64,000 bases of DNA from an uncultured Elusimicrobia bacterium (GCA_964441955.1 CAYTWA010000002.1:9894-73893); one strand, 5' to 3'. Positions 26,849-36,966 are shown, counted from the first letter of the stretch. Numbers and translations are program-made. The notes: generated from the letters alone by a model not told the origin.

Positions 26849-28894
26849 ATGATTGCCTTCGATAAGGATACGTGTACCGATTTCGAAACGGCGCAATCCA
26901 AAGAGTGGCTTGAAACTAACGGCCTGGGGGGTTTCGCCTCTTCTACCGTTATTAATTGCAACACCCGCCGTTACCACGGCCTGCTCATCGCGGCCACGCA
27001 GCCTCCCGCCGGGCGCACCGTGATGGTCAACGCTCTCGAAGAATGGGTTACATTAAATGACGTGCGATACGATTTGTCCTGCCATCAATACCCCGGCGTT
27101 TTGCATCCTCAAGGCCATAAAAATTTAATCGGATTTCGTTTAGACCCCTGGCCGATTTGGACGTATCGTTTGGGACCGCTGATTCTTGAAAAATCTCTCA
27201 CGATGATTCACGGTCAAAACACCGTGATTGTGACGTACAAGATGCGCAAGGAATGCCAAGGCGCGACCCTCATGGTGCGGCCTTTTATGACGGGCCGGGA
27301 GTTTCATGCGCTGCATAAAGAAAATCCGGCTTTATGCTCCGACGCCAAAGTTCAAGCCGGCGTGGTAACTCTTGCTCCCTACGACGGCTTGCCGCCGCTT
27401 TATTTCCATCACAGCGGCCGGTTTGTTCCGGGGTTTAACTGGTACCGCGAAATGGAATACACCCGCGAAGAGGAGCGAGGGCTGGATGCGCATGAGGATT
27501 GCTGGGCGGCCGGTGAATTTCAGTTTCCGCTTCAAGAGGGGCACGACGCGGTGTTCATTGCCACGAGTGAAGGATCCGGCTATTTCGACGCGCAATTTTT
27601 GTTGAACGCCGAGCGCAACCGCCGCCGGGCGCTACTGTCGGGGTGGGAAGCCACGGATGATGTGACGCACCACCTGGTTTTAGCCGCGGACCAATTTTTG
27701 GTGGGACCTGCCGCGAAGACGCCGGAGGTCCAAACGTCTCAAAACATTATCGCCGGCTATCCGTGGTTCGAAGAATGGGGACGGGATACCTTTATCGCGC
27801 TTCCAGGCCTGCTGTTAGCCACCAGCCGGTTTGAAGAAGCCCGCCAAATCCTTAAGTCCTATGCGCACTGGCTTAACGAGGGCATGGTGCCTAACCGCTT
27901 TCCGGAACACGGAGGCCAACCCGAATACAACTCGGTGGACGCGAGCCTGTGGTATCTGGTGGCCATCTTTCATTACCTTCGCTATACGAAAGATTTTGAT
28001 TTCGTCGCCCAACACCTGTGGCCGGTGATGAAAGACATCATTGCCGCCTACCAAAACGGCACGCGCTACCAGATCCACATGGATTTGGACGGCCTGCTCT
28101 TTGCGGGGCAACCCGGGGTGCAGCTAACGTGGATGGACGCACGCATCGGGGACTGGGAGGTGACCCCTCGCATCGGCAAGCCGGTGGAGATCCAGGCGCT
28201 TTGGTACAACGCGCTTCGCATCATGGAACAAGTGGCCGCTAAGCTTGAAGAAAAGGACGCCTCGCGGAAATGGGGCAGTTTGGCAGAAAAAGTGTGGGCC
28301 TCGTTTAATAAACAATTTTGGAACGAAGAGACCGGCACCCTCTGCGACGTCGTCCATGGGTCGGAGCGCGACGTGCTGATACGGCCGAACCAAATTTTTG
28401 CCATCAGCTTGCCGTTCGATACGCTTTCACCGGAGCGGGCGCTTCGCGTGGTGAATGCGGTTGAAGAAAAACTTTTAACCCCCTTTGGCCTTCGCACGCT
28501 CGATCCGCATGATTCCCATTACGCTTCGCGATACCAAGGAGATACCCGTACCCGAGACAGCGCATACCACCAAGGGACTGTGTGGCCGTGGCTCATGGGG
28601 CCTTTCTTGACGGCGTATCAAAAGGTGCACGGGAAATCGGCAAAGACCCAGTCGCAAATGCGCGCTCACTTAGCCCTTCTTCTCACGCATTTGTGGGAAG
28701 CGGGGCTTGGAACGATTTCTGAAATATTTGATGGGGATATGCCTCATGAGCCTCGCGGCTGCATCGCGCAGGCCTGGTCGGTGGGTGAAATTCTGCGCGT
28801 TCTGCGTGAAGAATTGGGTGTTACGTCTTCCTCCACCGCCATACGGCCGTCCTCTGAAAAGCCCACCACGCCCAGCGCACCGCTGCGCCGCTAA
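26849..28894 (+). CDS. Glycogen debranching enzyme / amylo-alpha-1,6-glucosidase family (GDE_N_bis + GDE_C six-hairpin)
   Basis: N-terminal ...WLETNGLGGFASSTV..RRYHGLL.. and C-terminal GDE_C-like region. Confidence 0.7.
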   Translation: MIAFDKDTCTDFETAQSKEWLETNGLGGFASSTVINCNTRRYHGLLIAATQPPAGRTVMVNALEEWVTLNDVRYDLSCHQYPGVLHPQGHKNLIGFRLDPWPIWTYRLGPLILEKSLTMIHGQNTVIVTYKMRKECQGATLMVRPFMTGREFHALHKENPALCSDAKVQAGVVTLAPYDGLPPLYFHHSGRFVPGFNWYREMEYTREEERGLDAHEDCWAAGEFQFPLQEGHDAVFIATSEGSGYFDAQFLLNAERNRRRALLSGWEATDDVTHHLVLAADQFLVGPAAKTPEVQTSQNIIAGYPWFEEWGRDTFIALPGLLLATSRFEEARQILKSYAHWLNEGMVPNRFPEHGGQPEYNSVDASLWYLVAIFHYLRYTKDFDFVAQHLWPVMKDIIAAYQNGTRYQIHMDLDGLLFAGQPGVQLTWMDARIGDWEVTPRIGKPVEIQALWYNALRIMEQVAAKLEEKDASRKWGSLAEKVWASFNKQFWNEETGTLCDVVHGSERDVLIRPNQIFAISLPFDTLSPERALRVVNAVEEKLLTPFGLRTLDPHDSHYASRYQGDTRTRDSAYHQGTVWPWLMGPFLTAYQKVHGKSAKTQSQMRAHLALLLTHLWEAGLGTISEIFDGDMPHEPRGCIAQAWSVGEILRVLREELGVTSSSTAIRPSSEKPTTPSAPLRR

Positions 28895-29478
28895 TGGCGC
28901 TGGAGACAACGGCCGCCCTCCTTCAAAATCTTCGCGCGCACGATGCCGCTACCTTGCGCGACATTATTGACACCTACACCGATCCTCTGCTCGGTGCGGC
29001 ATGGGGGCTTGGTTGGGTCGGCCCCGATGCGGAAGATTTGGTGCAAGACACCTTCGTCACCTTCCTTCAAAACCCAGGCCAATTTGAGGGTCGTTCGACG
29101 CTTAAAACCTATTTAACCGGCATCCTCTACCACAAATCGATGGAAAAACGGCGCGAAAATGCGCGCGAAACCCCCACCGACCCCGTGGACGACGTGTTTG
29201 AGCGCCGCTTCGGGTTGGGAGGCCTATGGCGTACATTCCCGCGCGGACCGGAGGATGAAGCACTCGCCAAAGACATCATGGAATTAGTTGAGCGTTGTGC
29301 CGAATCGCTCAGCGACGCGCAGCGAATGGCGTTCTATTTGCGGGAAGTCGACCATTCGACGACCGAGTCGGCCTGTAATATTCTTGGCGTCAGCGCCACT
29401 CATTTAGGCGTGCTGATCTTTCGAGCGCGTAATAAAATTCGAGAGTGCGTGGAGCGTCAATGGACGGCCCCATCCTAA
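28894..29478 (+). CDS. ECF-family RNA polymerase sigma factor (sigma-70 regions 2 and 4)
   Basis: DLVQDTFV..., ...LSDAQRMAFYLREVDHSTTESACNILGVS... Confidence 0.85.
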   Translation: MALETTAALLQNLRAHDAATLRDIIDTYTDPLLGAAWGLGWVGPDAEDLVQDTFVTFLQNPGQFEGRSTLKTYLTGILYHKSMEKRRENARETPTDPVDDVFERRFGLGGLWRTFPRGPEDEALAKDIMELVERCAESLSDAQRMAFYLREVDHSTTESACNILGVSATHLGVLIFRARNKIRECVERQWTAPS

Positions 29479-29714
29479 ACCCATTTAAGTGCCGTGAAAT
29501 CACGACCCAAATCGCTTTGGGGGGTATAGAGCGCGCGTCCTGGACGCGCCGCGCGGCGATTCGTTTTCATCTGGTTATTTGCTGGTTGTGCCGGAAATAC
29601 GAACGCCAGCTTCGGGTGATTTCCAAATCCTTTGCCTTAAATGAGCAAGCCTTTCGCCGGCGCTATCCGTCCACCGCCTTAAAAACTCGGCTGTACGATG
29701 CTTTCCATCTTTAG
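29445..29714 (+). CDS. Anti-sigma factor, ZAS-type (HLVICWLC = HxxxCxxC zinc motif), short (~85 aa)
   Basis: Overlaps the sigma gene's 3' end. A GTG start at 29445 or ATG at 29460 are both possible. Confidence 0.6.
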   Translation: MRGASMDGPILNPFKCREITTQIALGGIERASWTRRAAIRFHLVICWLCRKYERQLRVISKSFALNEQAFRRRYPSTALKTRLYDAFHL

Positions 29715-30813
29715 AGCCTTTCCTTTTTTGTGGCTGGCCCTTTCCTCGTTGACGCTTGGGCGAGCGCCGGCCAAACCATTATGGTACGTTCAACTGCTCG
29801 TCACCGAATGGCCGTTGGCCTTGACGGCCATAGGCTTCCTTTTTTGGTTCCTGTTGTCGCGTCGCGGGTCCTGGACAGGCCACGCGGCGTTTCTTTTAGC
29901 CCAGGCACTGCTTTTGGCGCCGGGGGTTCGCGCTTACGAACGCTCCAAAACACTGCCCGCCGAGCTAGCCCGTGCCTTTGCGCATGCAGTGCCCCCTGAT
30001 GAGCGCGCGTTTGCGTGGATGCCTTCTAAACCTGCCGTCGAGGCCGAGAAGCTCGACACACTGACCTTTTCATCCGGGGGACAAATGCTTTCCATCGACT
30101 ACTGGCGGCCGAAGGGATCAAAAGAAATTTTGCCGCTCGTCTTGATCGTCCATAGCGGGTCATGGCAAAGTGGACGGCGAGATGAACTGGGAGCTTTTCA
30201 GGGCCGCGTCGCCTCCAGGGGGTATGCCGTGGCCTCAACGGACTACCGATTCGCGCCTTCCCATCCATTTCCCGCTGCCCGGCAAGACGTTTTGGCGGCG
30301 GTCGCTTTTTTACGCGGTCGCTGGAAAGAGCTGGGGTTTGACCCGGCCAAAATCGTGCTGCTGGGGCGCTCGGCGGGCGGACAAATCGCCGTTTCGGCGG
30401 CGTACGCCGCAGGGGATCCAGGCATTAAAGGGGTGGTCTCCTTTTACGGCCCCATGGATTTAATGTGGGCCTACGCCAACCCCAGCAACCCACTCATTAT
30501 GGATTCACAAAAAGTTCTTTCCGATTATCTTGGCGGTGCGCCGCGCGAGAACCCCGGTGTTTATGAAAGCGCTTCTCCCGTTTTACACATCGGCCCGCGG
30601 ACCCCTGCGACGCTGCTTGTGCACGGCGGGATCGATTCGCTAGTCTGGCCGCACCACAGCCGTAAAATGAAACAGGCGCTGACGAAAGCCGGGCGAGCGC
30701 ATTTTTATCTTGAACTTCCCTGGGCGACTCATGCCTGTGAAGCGCATGTGGACGGTCCAAGCGGCCAACTGATGATGTATACGTTGGACTATTTTTTAAG
30801 GGGGGTCTTATGA
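29698..30813 (+). CDS. Alpha/beta-hydrolase (esterase/lipase fold; HSGSW oxyanion region, GRSAGG nucleophile elbow) with an N-terminal TM anchor
   Basis: GxSxG and catalytic-triad spacing. Confidence 0.75.
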   Translation: MLSIFRAFPFLWLALSSLTLGRAPAKPLWYVQLLVTEWPLALTAIGFLFWFLLSRRGSWTGHAAFLLAQALLLAPGVRAYERSKTLPAELARAFAHAVPPDERAFAWMPSKPAVEAEKLDTLTFSSGGQMLSIDYWRPKGSKEILPLVLIVHSGSWQSGRRDELGAFQGRVASRGYAVASTDYRFAPSHPFPAARQDVLAAVAFLRGRWKELGFDPAKIVLLGRSAGGQIAVSAAYAAGDPGIKGVVSFYGPMDLMWAYANPSNPLIMDSQKVLSDYLGGAPRENPGVYESASPVLHIGPRTPATLLVHGGIDSLVWPHHSRKMKQALTKAGRAHFYLELPWATHACEAHVDGPSGQLMMYTLDYFLRGVL

Positions 30814-31145
30814 GCAAGCGAGTGGCCTTGATGACGTGCATGGTAGCCATGTCGATGTACATGACGTATGTCGTGATCACAACCAGCTTAAAGAGTAACT
30901 TGTTCACCGAATGGTCCACCCTGGCGCAGATCCCCTGGATGACCGCCACCGTGAAAGATTTTTACCAAAACCTATTCATTCTTTGTTTATGGGTTCTTTA
31001 TAAGGAAGGCCGCGTACGCGGGATGCTTTGGAGTGTCTGTTTTGTTTTCTTGGGCAGCGTGGTCACGCCGCTTTATGTGCTTAAGGAACTCTGGGCATTA
31101 AAACCCGGTGAACCCCTAAGCCGCATTCTGGTTCGCAGGGCCTAG
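30810..31145 (+). CDS. Small polytopic membrane protein (DUF1475-like)
   Basis: ORF, hydrophobic. Confidence 0.45.
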   Translation: MSKRVALMTCMVAMSMYMTYVVITTSLKSNLFTEWSTLAQIPWMTATVKDFYQNLFILCLWVLYKEGRVRGMLWSVCFVFLGSVVTPLYVLKELWALKPGEPLSRILVRRA

Positions 31146-31148
31146 CGC

Positions 31149-31943
31149 GTGTTTTGGGAAATGGTGTTGGCACAGCTAACGAATGGCCTCATTTTGATGG
31201 GTCTGTGGATGACGCTTCTATGGCTGATCCAGCTTAAGACGCATAACGCCGCGATTGTGGATGTCGGCTGGGCCGTTTCTTTTTTGGCGTTAACCTTGTT
31301 GTATGTCGGGGTCATGCCGTCTCACCCGCGGCGTCATGCGGTGCTCTTGGCGATGGTTGGAATCTGGAGTTTACGCCTAGCCTTTCACTTGTGGATTGAC
31401 CGGGTTTGGAGAAAGCCCGAGGACCCGCGTTATCACGCGCTTCGGATAAAATGGACGACCCGCCGGCCGCTTAAATTCTTTATTTTGTTTCAATTCCAGG
31501 CGGGGCTAGCCGTTTTGGTCTCACTGCCGTTTCTTTTGACGGCGATGAACAGCCAGCGTTCGCTGAGCGCTTGGGAATGGCTCGGGGCAAGCCTGTGGCT
31601 TGTCGCCTTGATCGGGGAGTCCGTGGCGGATGCCCAGCTCAAACGGTTTAAGGCCGACGCCTCCCATCAAGGCCAAACGTGCCGGGTGGGGCTTTGGAAT
31701 TACTCGCGTCACCCCAATTATTTTTTTGAGTGGCTCGTATGGGTGGCCTTTGCCGTGTTCGCCTTGGGCGGCCCCTGGGGATGGACCGCGGCGGCCTCAC
31801 CGGCGATTATGCTCTTTCTCCTTCTAAATTTAAGCGGCATCCCTTTGACGGAAGCACAGGCAATGAAGTCCCGTGGGGACGACTACCGGCACTACCAACA
31901 AACCACCTCGATGTTTATCCCCTGGTTTAAAAAAACGGCATGA
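31149..31943 (+). CDS. DUF1295 / steroid-5-alpha-reductase-like membrane protein (NYSRHPNYFFEW motif)
   Basis: Motif read in the translation. Confidence 0.7.
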   Translation: MFWEMVLAQLTNGLILMGLWMTLLWLIQLKTHNAAIVDVGWAVSFLALTLLYVGVMPSHPRRHAVLLAMVGIWSLRLAFHLWIDRVWRKPEDPRYHALRIKWTTRRPLKFFILFQFQAGLAVLVSLPFLLTAMNSQRSLSAWEWLGASLWLVALIGESVADAQLKRFKADASHQGQTCRVGLWNYSRHPNYFFEWLVWVAFAVFALGGPWGWTAAASPAIMLFLLLNLSGIPLTEAQAMKSRGDDYRHYQQTTSMFIPWFKKTA

Positions 31944-32962
31944 TTTCCGCGCTTCTTGAGCAAGACCTTTTGCCGGACTGGTTGATTCGTATCGGCATCC
32001 GCCGCCTCTTGGCCAGGCGCCTGCGGGATGAAGACCAAGGATCGCCGCAGGCGCAGAATGCTCACGAAAAAGCTTTGGTCGAAACGCTAAGCGGCGGGCC
32101 GCTAGCGGTCGACACCCGCTCGGCCAACGAACAGCATTACGAAGTCCCCACCGAATTTTTTCAGCACATTCTTGGAAAACATATGAAATACAGCTGTGGG
32201 TTGTGGAGCGAGGATGGGCTGCTCGACCTTTCCGAAGAACGGATGTTGGAATTGACCTGCGAGCGTGCGGAATTATCCGATGGGCAGCGTATTCTCGAGT
32301 TGGGGTGCGGCTGGGGCTCTTTGTCGTTATGGATGGCGCAGCGCTACCCCAAAAGCCGCATTACCGCCGTTTCCAATTCCAGAAGTCAGCGCGCCTTTAT
32401 CGATGGCCAGGCCATTCAGCGCGGTTGTAAAAATTTAGAAGTCGTCACGGCCGACATCAATTTTTTCGAAGCCTCCGGCACGTATGACCGCGTGGTGTCG
32501 GTTGAGATGTTTGAACATCTGCGCAACCATGAGTTGCTGTTTTCCCGCATCGCCTCGTGGCTTAAACCCGGCGGCAAACTGTTTGCCCACGTGTTCACGC
32601 ACCGGCAATTCACGTATCTCTTCGAGGTCAAAGACGCGAGCGATTGGATGTCGCGTCACTTTTTTTCAGGCGGCATGATGCCCTCGCAGGCCTACCTTAC
32701 GCGCTTTCAACGCGACCTTCAACTGGAAAAGCAGTGGACCGTGGAAGGCACGCATTACCAGCGTACCGCGGAAGCGTGGCTCGCGCGCATGGATCAAAAC
32801 CGTGAGAAACTCACCCCCGTTTTGGAAGCGGTTTACGGCAAAAGCCGCGTTCGCCAATGGCGTGCGTATTGGCGCGTGTTTTTTATGTCCTGCGCGGAGC
32901 TTTGGGGGTATCGAAATGGGACCGAGTGGCTCGTAAGCCACTACCGTTTTCGGAAACCATGA
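31940..32962 (+). CDS. SAM-dependent methyltransferase of the cyclopropane-fatty-acyl-phospholipid synthase family (ILELGCGWGSL)
   Basis: SAM-binding motif I and CFA-family C-terminus. Confidence 0.8.
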   Translation: MISALLEQDLLPDWLIRIGIRRLLARRLRDEDQGSPQAQNAHEKALVETLSGGPLAVDTRSANEQHYEVPTEFFQHILGKHMKYSCGLWSEDGLLDLSEERMLELTCERAELSDGQRILELGCGWGSLSLWMAQRYPKSRITAVSNSRSQRAFIDGQAIQRGCKNLEVVTADINFFEASGTYDRVVSVEMFEHLRNHELLFSRIASWLKPGGKLFAHVFTHRQFTYLFEVKDASDWMSRHFFSGGMMPSQAYLTRFQRDLQLEKQWTVEGTHYQRTAEAWLARMDQNREKLTPVLEAVYGKSRVRQWRAYWRVFFMSCAELWGYRNGTEWLVSHYRFRKP

Positions 32963-34191
32963 AATCCTTGGCGATTATCGGCACAGGCATCGCGGGGATG
33001 TATTGCGGGTATGCCCTTCACACGCGCTATCGACTAACCGTTTACGAAAAAAACGATTACGCCGGGGGTCATACTCATACCGTGGACGTCCCCGAGGGGG
33101 ACCGCCCGCTTTCTATGGATACCGGGTTTATGGTGTTTAACGAGGTGACGTACCCGAACCTGGTTCGATTATTTCAGGAGCTTCACGTCAAGGTGAAGGC
33201 GGCGCCCATGTCGTTTAGCGTTCAGCATCGGCCGACGGGTCTCGAGTTTTGCGGGTCAGGCTGGAACGGGCTTTTCGCCCAACGGCGCAATTTGTTTCGC
33301 TGGACGTATTGGCTGCTTTTGTCGGAGATCGGACGCTTTAACCGAACCGCCCTGGAAGTGCTGGGAGACCCGCGCTTTGCCGGGATGACGCTTGCGCAAT
33401 ACGCCCGCCAACGCGGTTACTCCGCCGATTTTTTAAATTTCTACTTGGTGCCGATGAGCTCGGCGGTCTGGTCCACGCCGCCGGATGTGATGCTTGAGTT
33501 TCCGGTGGCGACACTTGTTCAGTTTTTCAAAAACCATGGGTTTTTAGGGCTTTACACCCAGCATCCATGGCTCACGGTGGAGGGGGGAAGCCGCGTTTAC
33601 CGAGACAAAATCATCGCGCCGTACCGCGACCGTATTCGCCTCTCCTGCCGCGCCCTTCGCGTGGCCCGCCGAGATGGGCGGGTGTGGGTGACGGACACCT
33701 CGGGGAAAACGGATTCTTTCGATGTCGTGATTATGGCCTCCCATGCCGATGAAACGCTTCAGATGCTCGAAAACCCCACGCCGCGGGAAGCAAAACTTTT
33801 ATCGCCCTTTGCCTATCAACTCAACCGCGCGACGGTTCACACCGATGATCGTGTGATGCCCCGCACCCCTGGCTGCTGGTCGTCTTGGAATTACGCACAG
33901 ACCACAAGCGGCGCTTATACGGTCTATTGGATGAACCGCTTACAGGGCGTTTCGAAGAACAAGAACTACTTTGTTTCGATCAACGACCCCGATTTGGTGC
34001 GCCCAGAGCATGTGCTGCGTCAAATCGATTACACGCACCCCATTTTTTCTCCCCGGGCCATCGCGGCCCAGATCGATTTACCGCTTTTAAACGAAGAAGG
34101 CCCGGTGTATTTTTGCGGGAGCTACTTTCGTTATGGGTTTCACGAAGATGCGCTGACGTCGGCGGTGGATGTGGTGGCCAAACTCGTATGA
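32959..34191 (+). CDS. FAD/NAD(P)-binding amine-oxidase-like oxidoreductase (GxGxxG: IIGTGIAG)
   Basis: Start at ATG 32959 (ATGA overlap with the upstream stop). Rossmann motif. Confidence 0.8.
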   Translation: MKSLAIIGTGIAGMYCGYALHTRYRLTVYEKNDYAGGHTHTVDVPEGDRPLSMDTGFMVFNEVTYPNLVRLFQELHVKVKAAPMSFSVQHRPTGLEFCGSGWNGLFAQRRNLFRWTYWLLLSEIGRFNRTALEVLGDPRFAGMTLAQYARQRGYSADFLNFYLVPMSSAVWSTPPDVMLEFPVATLVQFFKNHGFLGLYTQHPWLTVEGGSRVYRDKIIAPYRDRIRLSCRALRVARRDGRVWVTDTSGKTDSFDVVIMASHADETLQMLENPTPREAKLLSPFAYQLNRATVHTDDRVMPRTPGCWSSWNYAQTTSGAYTVYWMNRLQGVSKNKNYFVSINDPDLVRPEHVLRQIDYTHPIFSPRAIAAQIDLPLLNEEGPVYFCGSYFRYGFHEDALTSAVDVVAKLV

Positions 34192-34955
34192 ACTCCTGTC
34201 TTTATCGCTGCGACGTGATGCATGAGCGCTTAAGCCCCATTCGGCGGCGCTTTGACTACCGCGTCTTCATGTGGGCTCTGGATGTGGACGAACTGGACGC
34301 GTTAGCCGAAAAATTATGGTTGATGAGCCGAAATCGGTGGAATATTTTTAGTTTTTGGGACCGCGACCACATTCCTCGTTCAGGCGGGCAGGTCAAAGAG
34401 AATGTGATAGCTTTTTTGAAAGAAAAAGGCCTCACGAGTGAAATATCCAAGGTGGTTTTAGTCACTCATTTGCGAACCATGGGATATCTGTTTAACCCAA
34501 TTTCCTTCTATTTCTGCTTCGGCCCGGACGGGGGGCCGGTCTGTGCCGTGGCCGAAGTGGGCAATACCTTTGGGGAAATGAAGCCGTTTCTACTGGGGCC
34601 TTCGACATTAAAGGAGAATACGTTTCAAGGCCGTCAAACGAAATATTTTTACGTCTCGCCTTTTCTAGACCACGACCTGCAATTCGATTTTCGCTTGAGC
34701 GTTCCAGGGGAACGGTTAAACGAAGCGGTCCATACCTTAAAGCACGATCAGCCGGTGCTGGTCGCCGTGATGACCGGCATGCGCCGCCAATTGACCAATG
34801 CCCGGCTGCTAGGCTACGCGCTTCGTTTTCCGCTGATGCCGCTTCAGGTGATGTTTCTGATTCAGTGGCAGGCGCTTAAACTGTTTTTAAAACGTCTGCC
34901 GTATCACAAAAAAACATCAAATCCGCATCTTCAACGGGGGACTTACCATGCCTGA
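34188..34955 (+). CDS. DUF1365 family protein
   Basis: Start at ATG 34188 (ATGA overlap). Conserved position between the FAD oxidoreductase and cfa. Confidence 0.65.
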   Translation: MNSCLYRCDVMHERLSPIRRRFDYRVFMWALDVDELDALAEKLWLMSRNRWNIFSFWDRDHIPRSGGQVKENVIAFLKEKGLTSEISKVVLVTHLRTMGYLFNPISFYFCFGPDGGPVCAVAEVGNTFGEMKPFLLGPSTLKENTFQGRQTKYFYVSPFLDHDLQFDFRLSVPGERLNEAVHTLKHDQPVLVAVMTGMRRQLTNARLLGYALRFPLMPLQVMFLIQWQALKLFLKRLPYHKKTSNPHLQRGTYHA

Positions 34956-36210
34956 GACATTGCTTTCTAATGAACAGACCACCACGAGCTATCGTCCTTA
35001 CAATCGTTTCTTTGAAACGCTGGTGCAGCGTTCACTTCAAGGAATGAATAAAGGTTTTCTGCGGGTGACGCTTCCTGATGGGCGCCGATGGGTGTTCGGG
35101 GAACCGGGGACGGAAGTAGAAGCTTCGATCGTTATCCGAGACCCTGAACTTTTCCGCCAATGCGTGCTTTTCGGCGATGTGGGGTTCGGAGAATCCTTTG
35201 TGGATGGCCATTGGGAGACAGACCAATTAACCAACGTGATCCGTTGGATGATTTTAAACGTAGAGATGAACCCGTCGATGTCCGGGTCGCGTCGGCGGCT
35301 CTCCCCGGTCAATTGGCTACAAAGCATCAACCGCTTGCTGCATACGTTCCGGTCCAACACCCGCCGCGGAAGCCGGAAAAATATCCGTGCACATTACGAT
35401 TTAAGCAATGAATTCTTTCAGCTGTTCCTCGACCCCTCCATGACCTATTCCGCGGGCCTGTTTGAACGTGCGGATGAGTCGCTTGAACGCGCTCAGTGGC
35501 GCAAGTACGACCGGCTTTGCCGGAAACTCCAACTTAAAAATACCGACCATGTGCTCGAAATCGGCTGTGGTTGGGGAGGATTTGCGCTTCATGCCGCGCG
35601 CCACTACGGATGCCGCGTCACGGGCATCACCGTGTCCACGGAGCAGCTGGAGTATGCCAAAGCCCGTGTTCAAAATGAAGGGTTGTCGGATCAAATCGAG
35701 ATTCGCTTCCAGGATTACCGCTCGCTCCAAGGGTCGTTCGACAAAATCGTTTCCATTGAGATGTTGGAGGCGGTGGGGCATGAGTTTTTACCGGTTTACT
35801 TCGCCAAGTGCCATGAGGTGCTCAAACCCCATGGTTTAGTCGGGCTTCAAGTGATCACCTGTCAAGACAGCCGCTATAACGAGTTGCGCCAAAGTGTGGA
35901 CTGGATTCAAAAACACATTTTTCCCGGGTCGCTTCTGCCTTCCGTGTCGGCGCTTAATGCCGCGGTCCACAAGACGGGGGACATGGTTCTGCATCATTTG
36001 GAAGATTTGGCGCCGCATTACGTCAAGACGCTGCGTACGTGGCGGGCCAATTTAAAAACACGAGCGGTGGATGTGCGCCGGTTGGGGTTTGATGAGAGGT
36101 TCGAGCGCAAGTGGGAGTATTACTTCAGCTACTGCGAGGCGGCCTTTGCGATGCGCAACATTGCCGTGCTGCAGATGGTTTATACTCGCCCCAACAATTG
36201 GACGCTTTAA
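34948..36210 (+). CDS. cfa: Cyclopropane-fatty-acyl-phospholipid synthase
   Basis: VLEIGCGWGGFALHAARHYGCRVTGITVS..., full-length CFA synthase architecture. Confidence 0.85.
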   Translation: MPETLLSNEQTTTSYRPYNRFFETLVQRSLQGMNKGFLRVTLPDGRRWVFGEPGTEVEASIVIRDPELFRQCVLFGDVGFGESFVDGHWETDQLTNVIRWMILNVEMNPSMSGSRRRLSPVNWLQSINRLLHTFRSNTRRGSRKNIRAHYDLSNEFFQLFLDPSMTYSAGLFERADESLERAQWRKYDRLCRKLQLKNTDHVLEIGCGWGGFALHAARHYGCRVTGITVSTEQLEYAKARVQNEGLSDQIEIRFQDYRSLQGSFDKIVSIEMLEAVGHEFLPVYFAKCHEVLKPHGLVGLQVITCQDSRYNELRQSVDWIQKHIFPGSLLPSVSALNAAVHKTGDMVLHHLEDLAPHYVKTLRTWRANLKTRAVDVRRLGFDERFERKWEYYFSYCEAAFAMRNIAVLQMVYTRPNNWTL

Positions 36211-36653
36211 AGCAAAAAATTTCGGCTTTTTTAAAACAGGGGCTTTCTCCCGAGAAGCTGGCGTTGTGCGTGGCGCTCGGCGTCATGATTGGCGTGATCC
36301 CGATGTTAGGGACTACGATCCTCTTATCCTGTCTTGTCGCCTGGCTGCTTCGACTTAATCAGCCGGCGATCCAAGCCGCGCATTGGGTCGTCTACCCCTT
36401 TCAATTCGTCCTGCTTATTCCCTGGTACCGCGCCGGGGAATGGTTGTTTAACGACCCCCGGCTCGATGTTTCCCTGGCCACGGTCAAGGCGTTTTATGAG
36501 CAGGGGTGGGCGTTTATGTTTCATGAACTCTGGACCACCACCTGGCATGCCACCGTGGCGTGGCTCATCGCCCTTCCTTTTGTGGTCGGGCTTCTTTATT
36601 TGATCCTTCTGCCGCTTTTTCGCCACCTGTCGATCCGCTTTGAACTTCATTAG
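36198..36653 (+). CDS. DUF2062 family membrane protein
   Basis: ...LSPEKLALCVALGVMIGVIPMLGTT... The start is uncertain (TTG at 36198 overlapping the cfa stop, or an upstream GTG). Confidence 0.5.
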   Translation: MDALKQKISAFLKQGLSPEKLALCVALGVMIGVIPMLGTTILLSCLVAWLLRLNQPAIQAAHWVVYPFQFVLLIPWYRAGEWLFNDPRLDVSLATVKAFYEQGWAFMFHELWTTTWHATVAWLIALPFVVGLLYLILLPLFRHLSIRFELH

Positions 36654-36966
36654 AAAAAGATCAGCGGCGGGTGGCCAGCGAGGCGGGAATGGCCAGTACG
36701 GCCGCGTTAGGAACTCTGTTTAAATAAATCACCATTCGCCGTCGTTTTGGCCATTCCCGCCGTATGGGTCCCCCGCTTTTGACGGCCGTGACCATGATCG
36801 TTTTGGAACTCTTTAGAGGGACGGGCCCGCAGGAACCCTGCTTGAATTGAGCAACCATTGCCGTTTGAGGGTTTACGGCGTGGTCGTGATCCAAGCGTTT
36901 GATCATCGAAAGTGGAACCTAGGGAAAATATTCCCGGGGACTGGGTCTGATAAAATAGCGGCCTGG

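Noticed and set aside
36661-36906. 81-aa ORF on the - strand in the long intergenic region upstream of the large protein gene
   Set aside because: No RBS or recognisable fold, and the region is better explained as a structured leader. Kept only as a remark in the findings.
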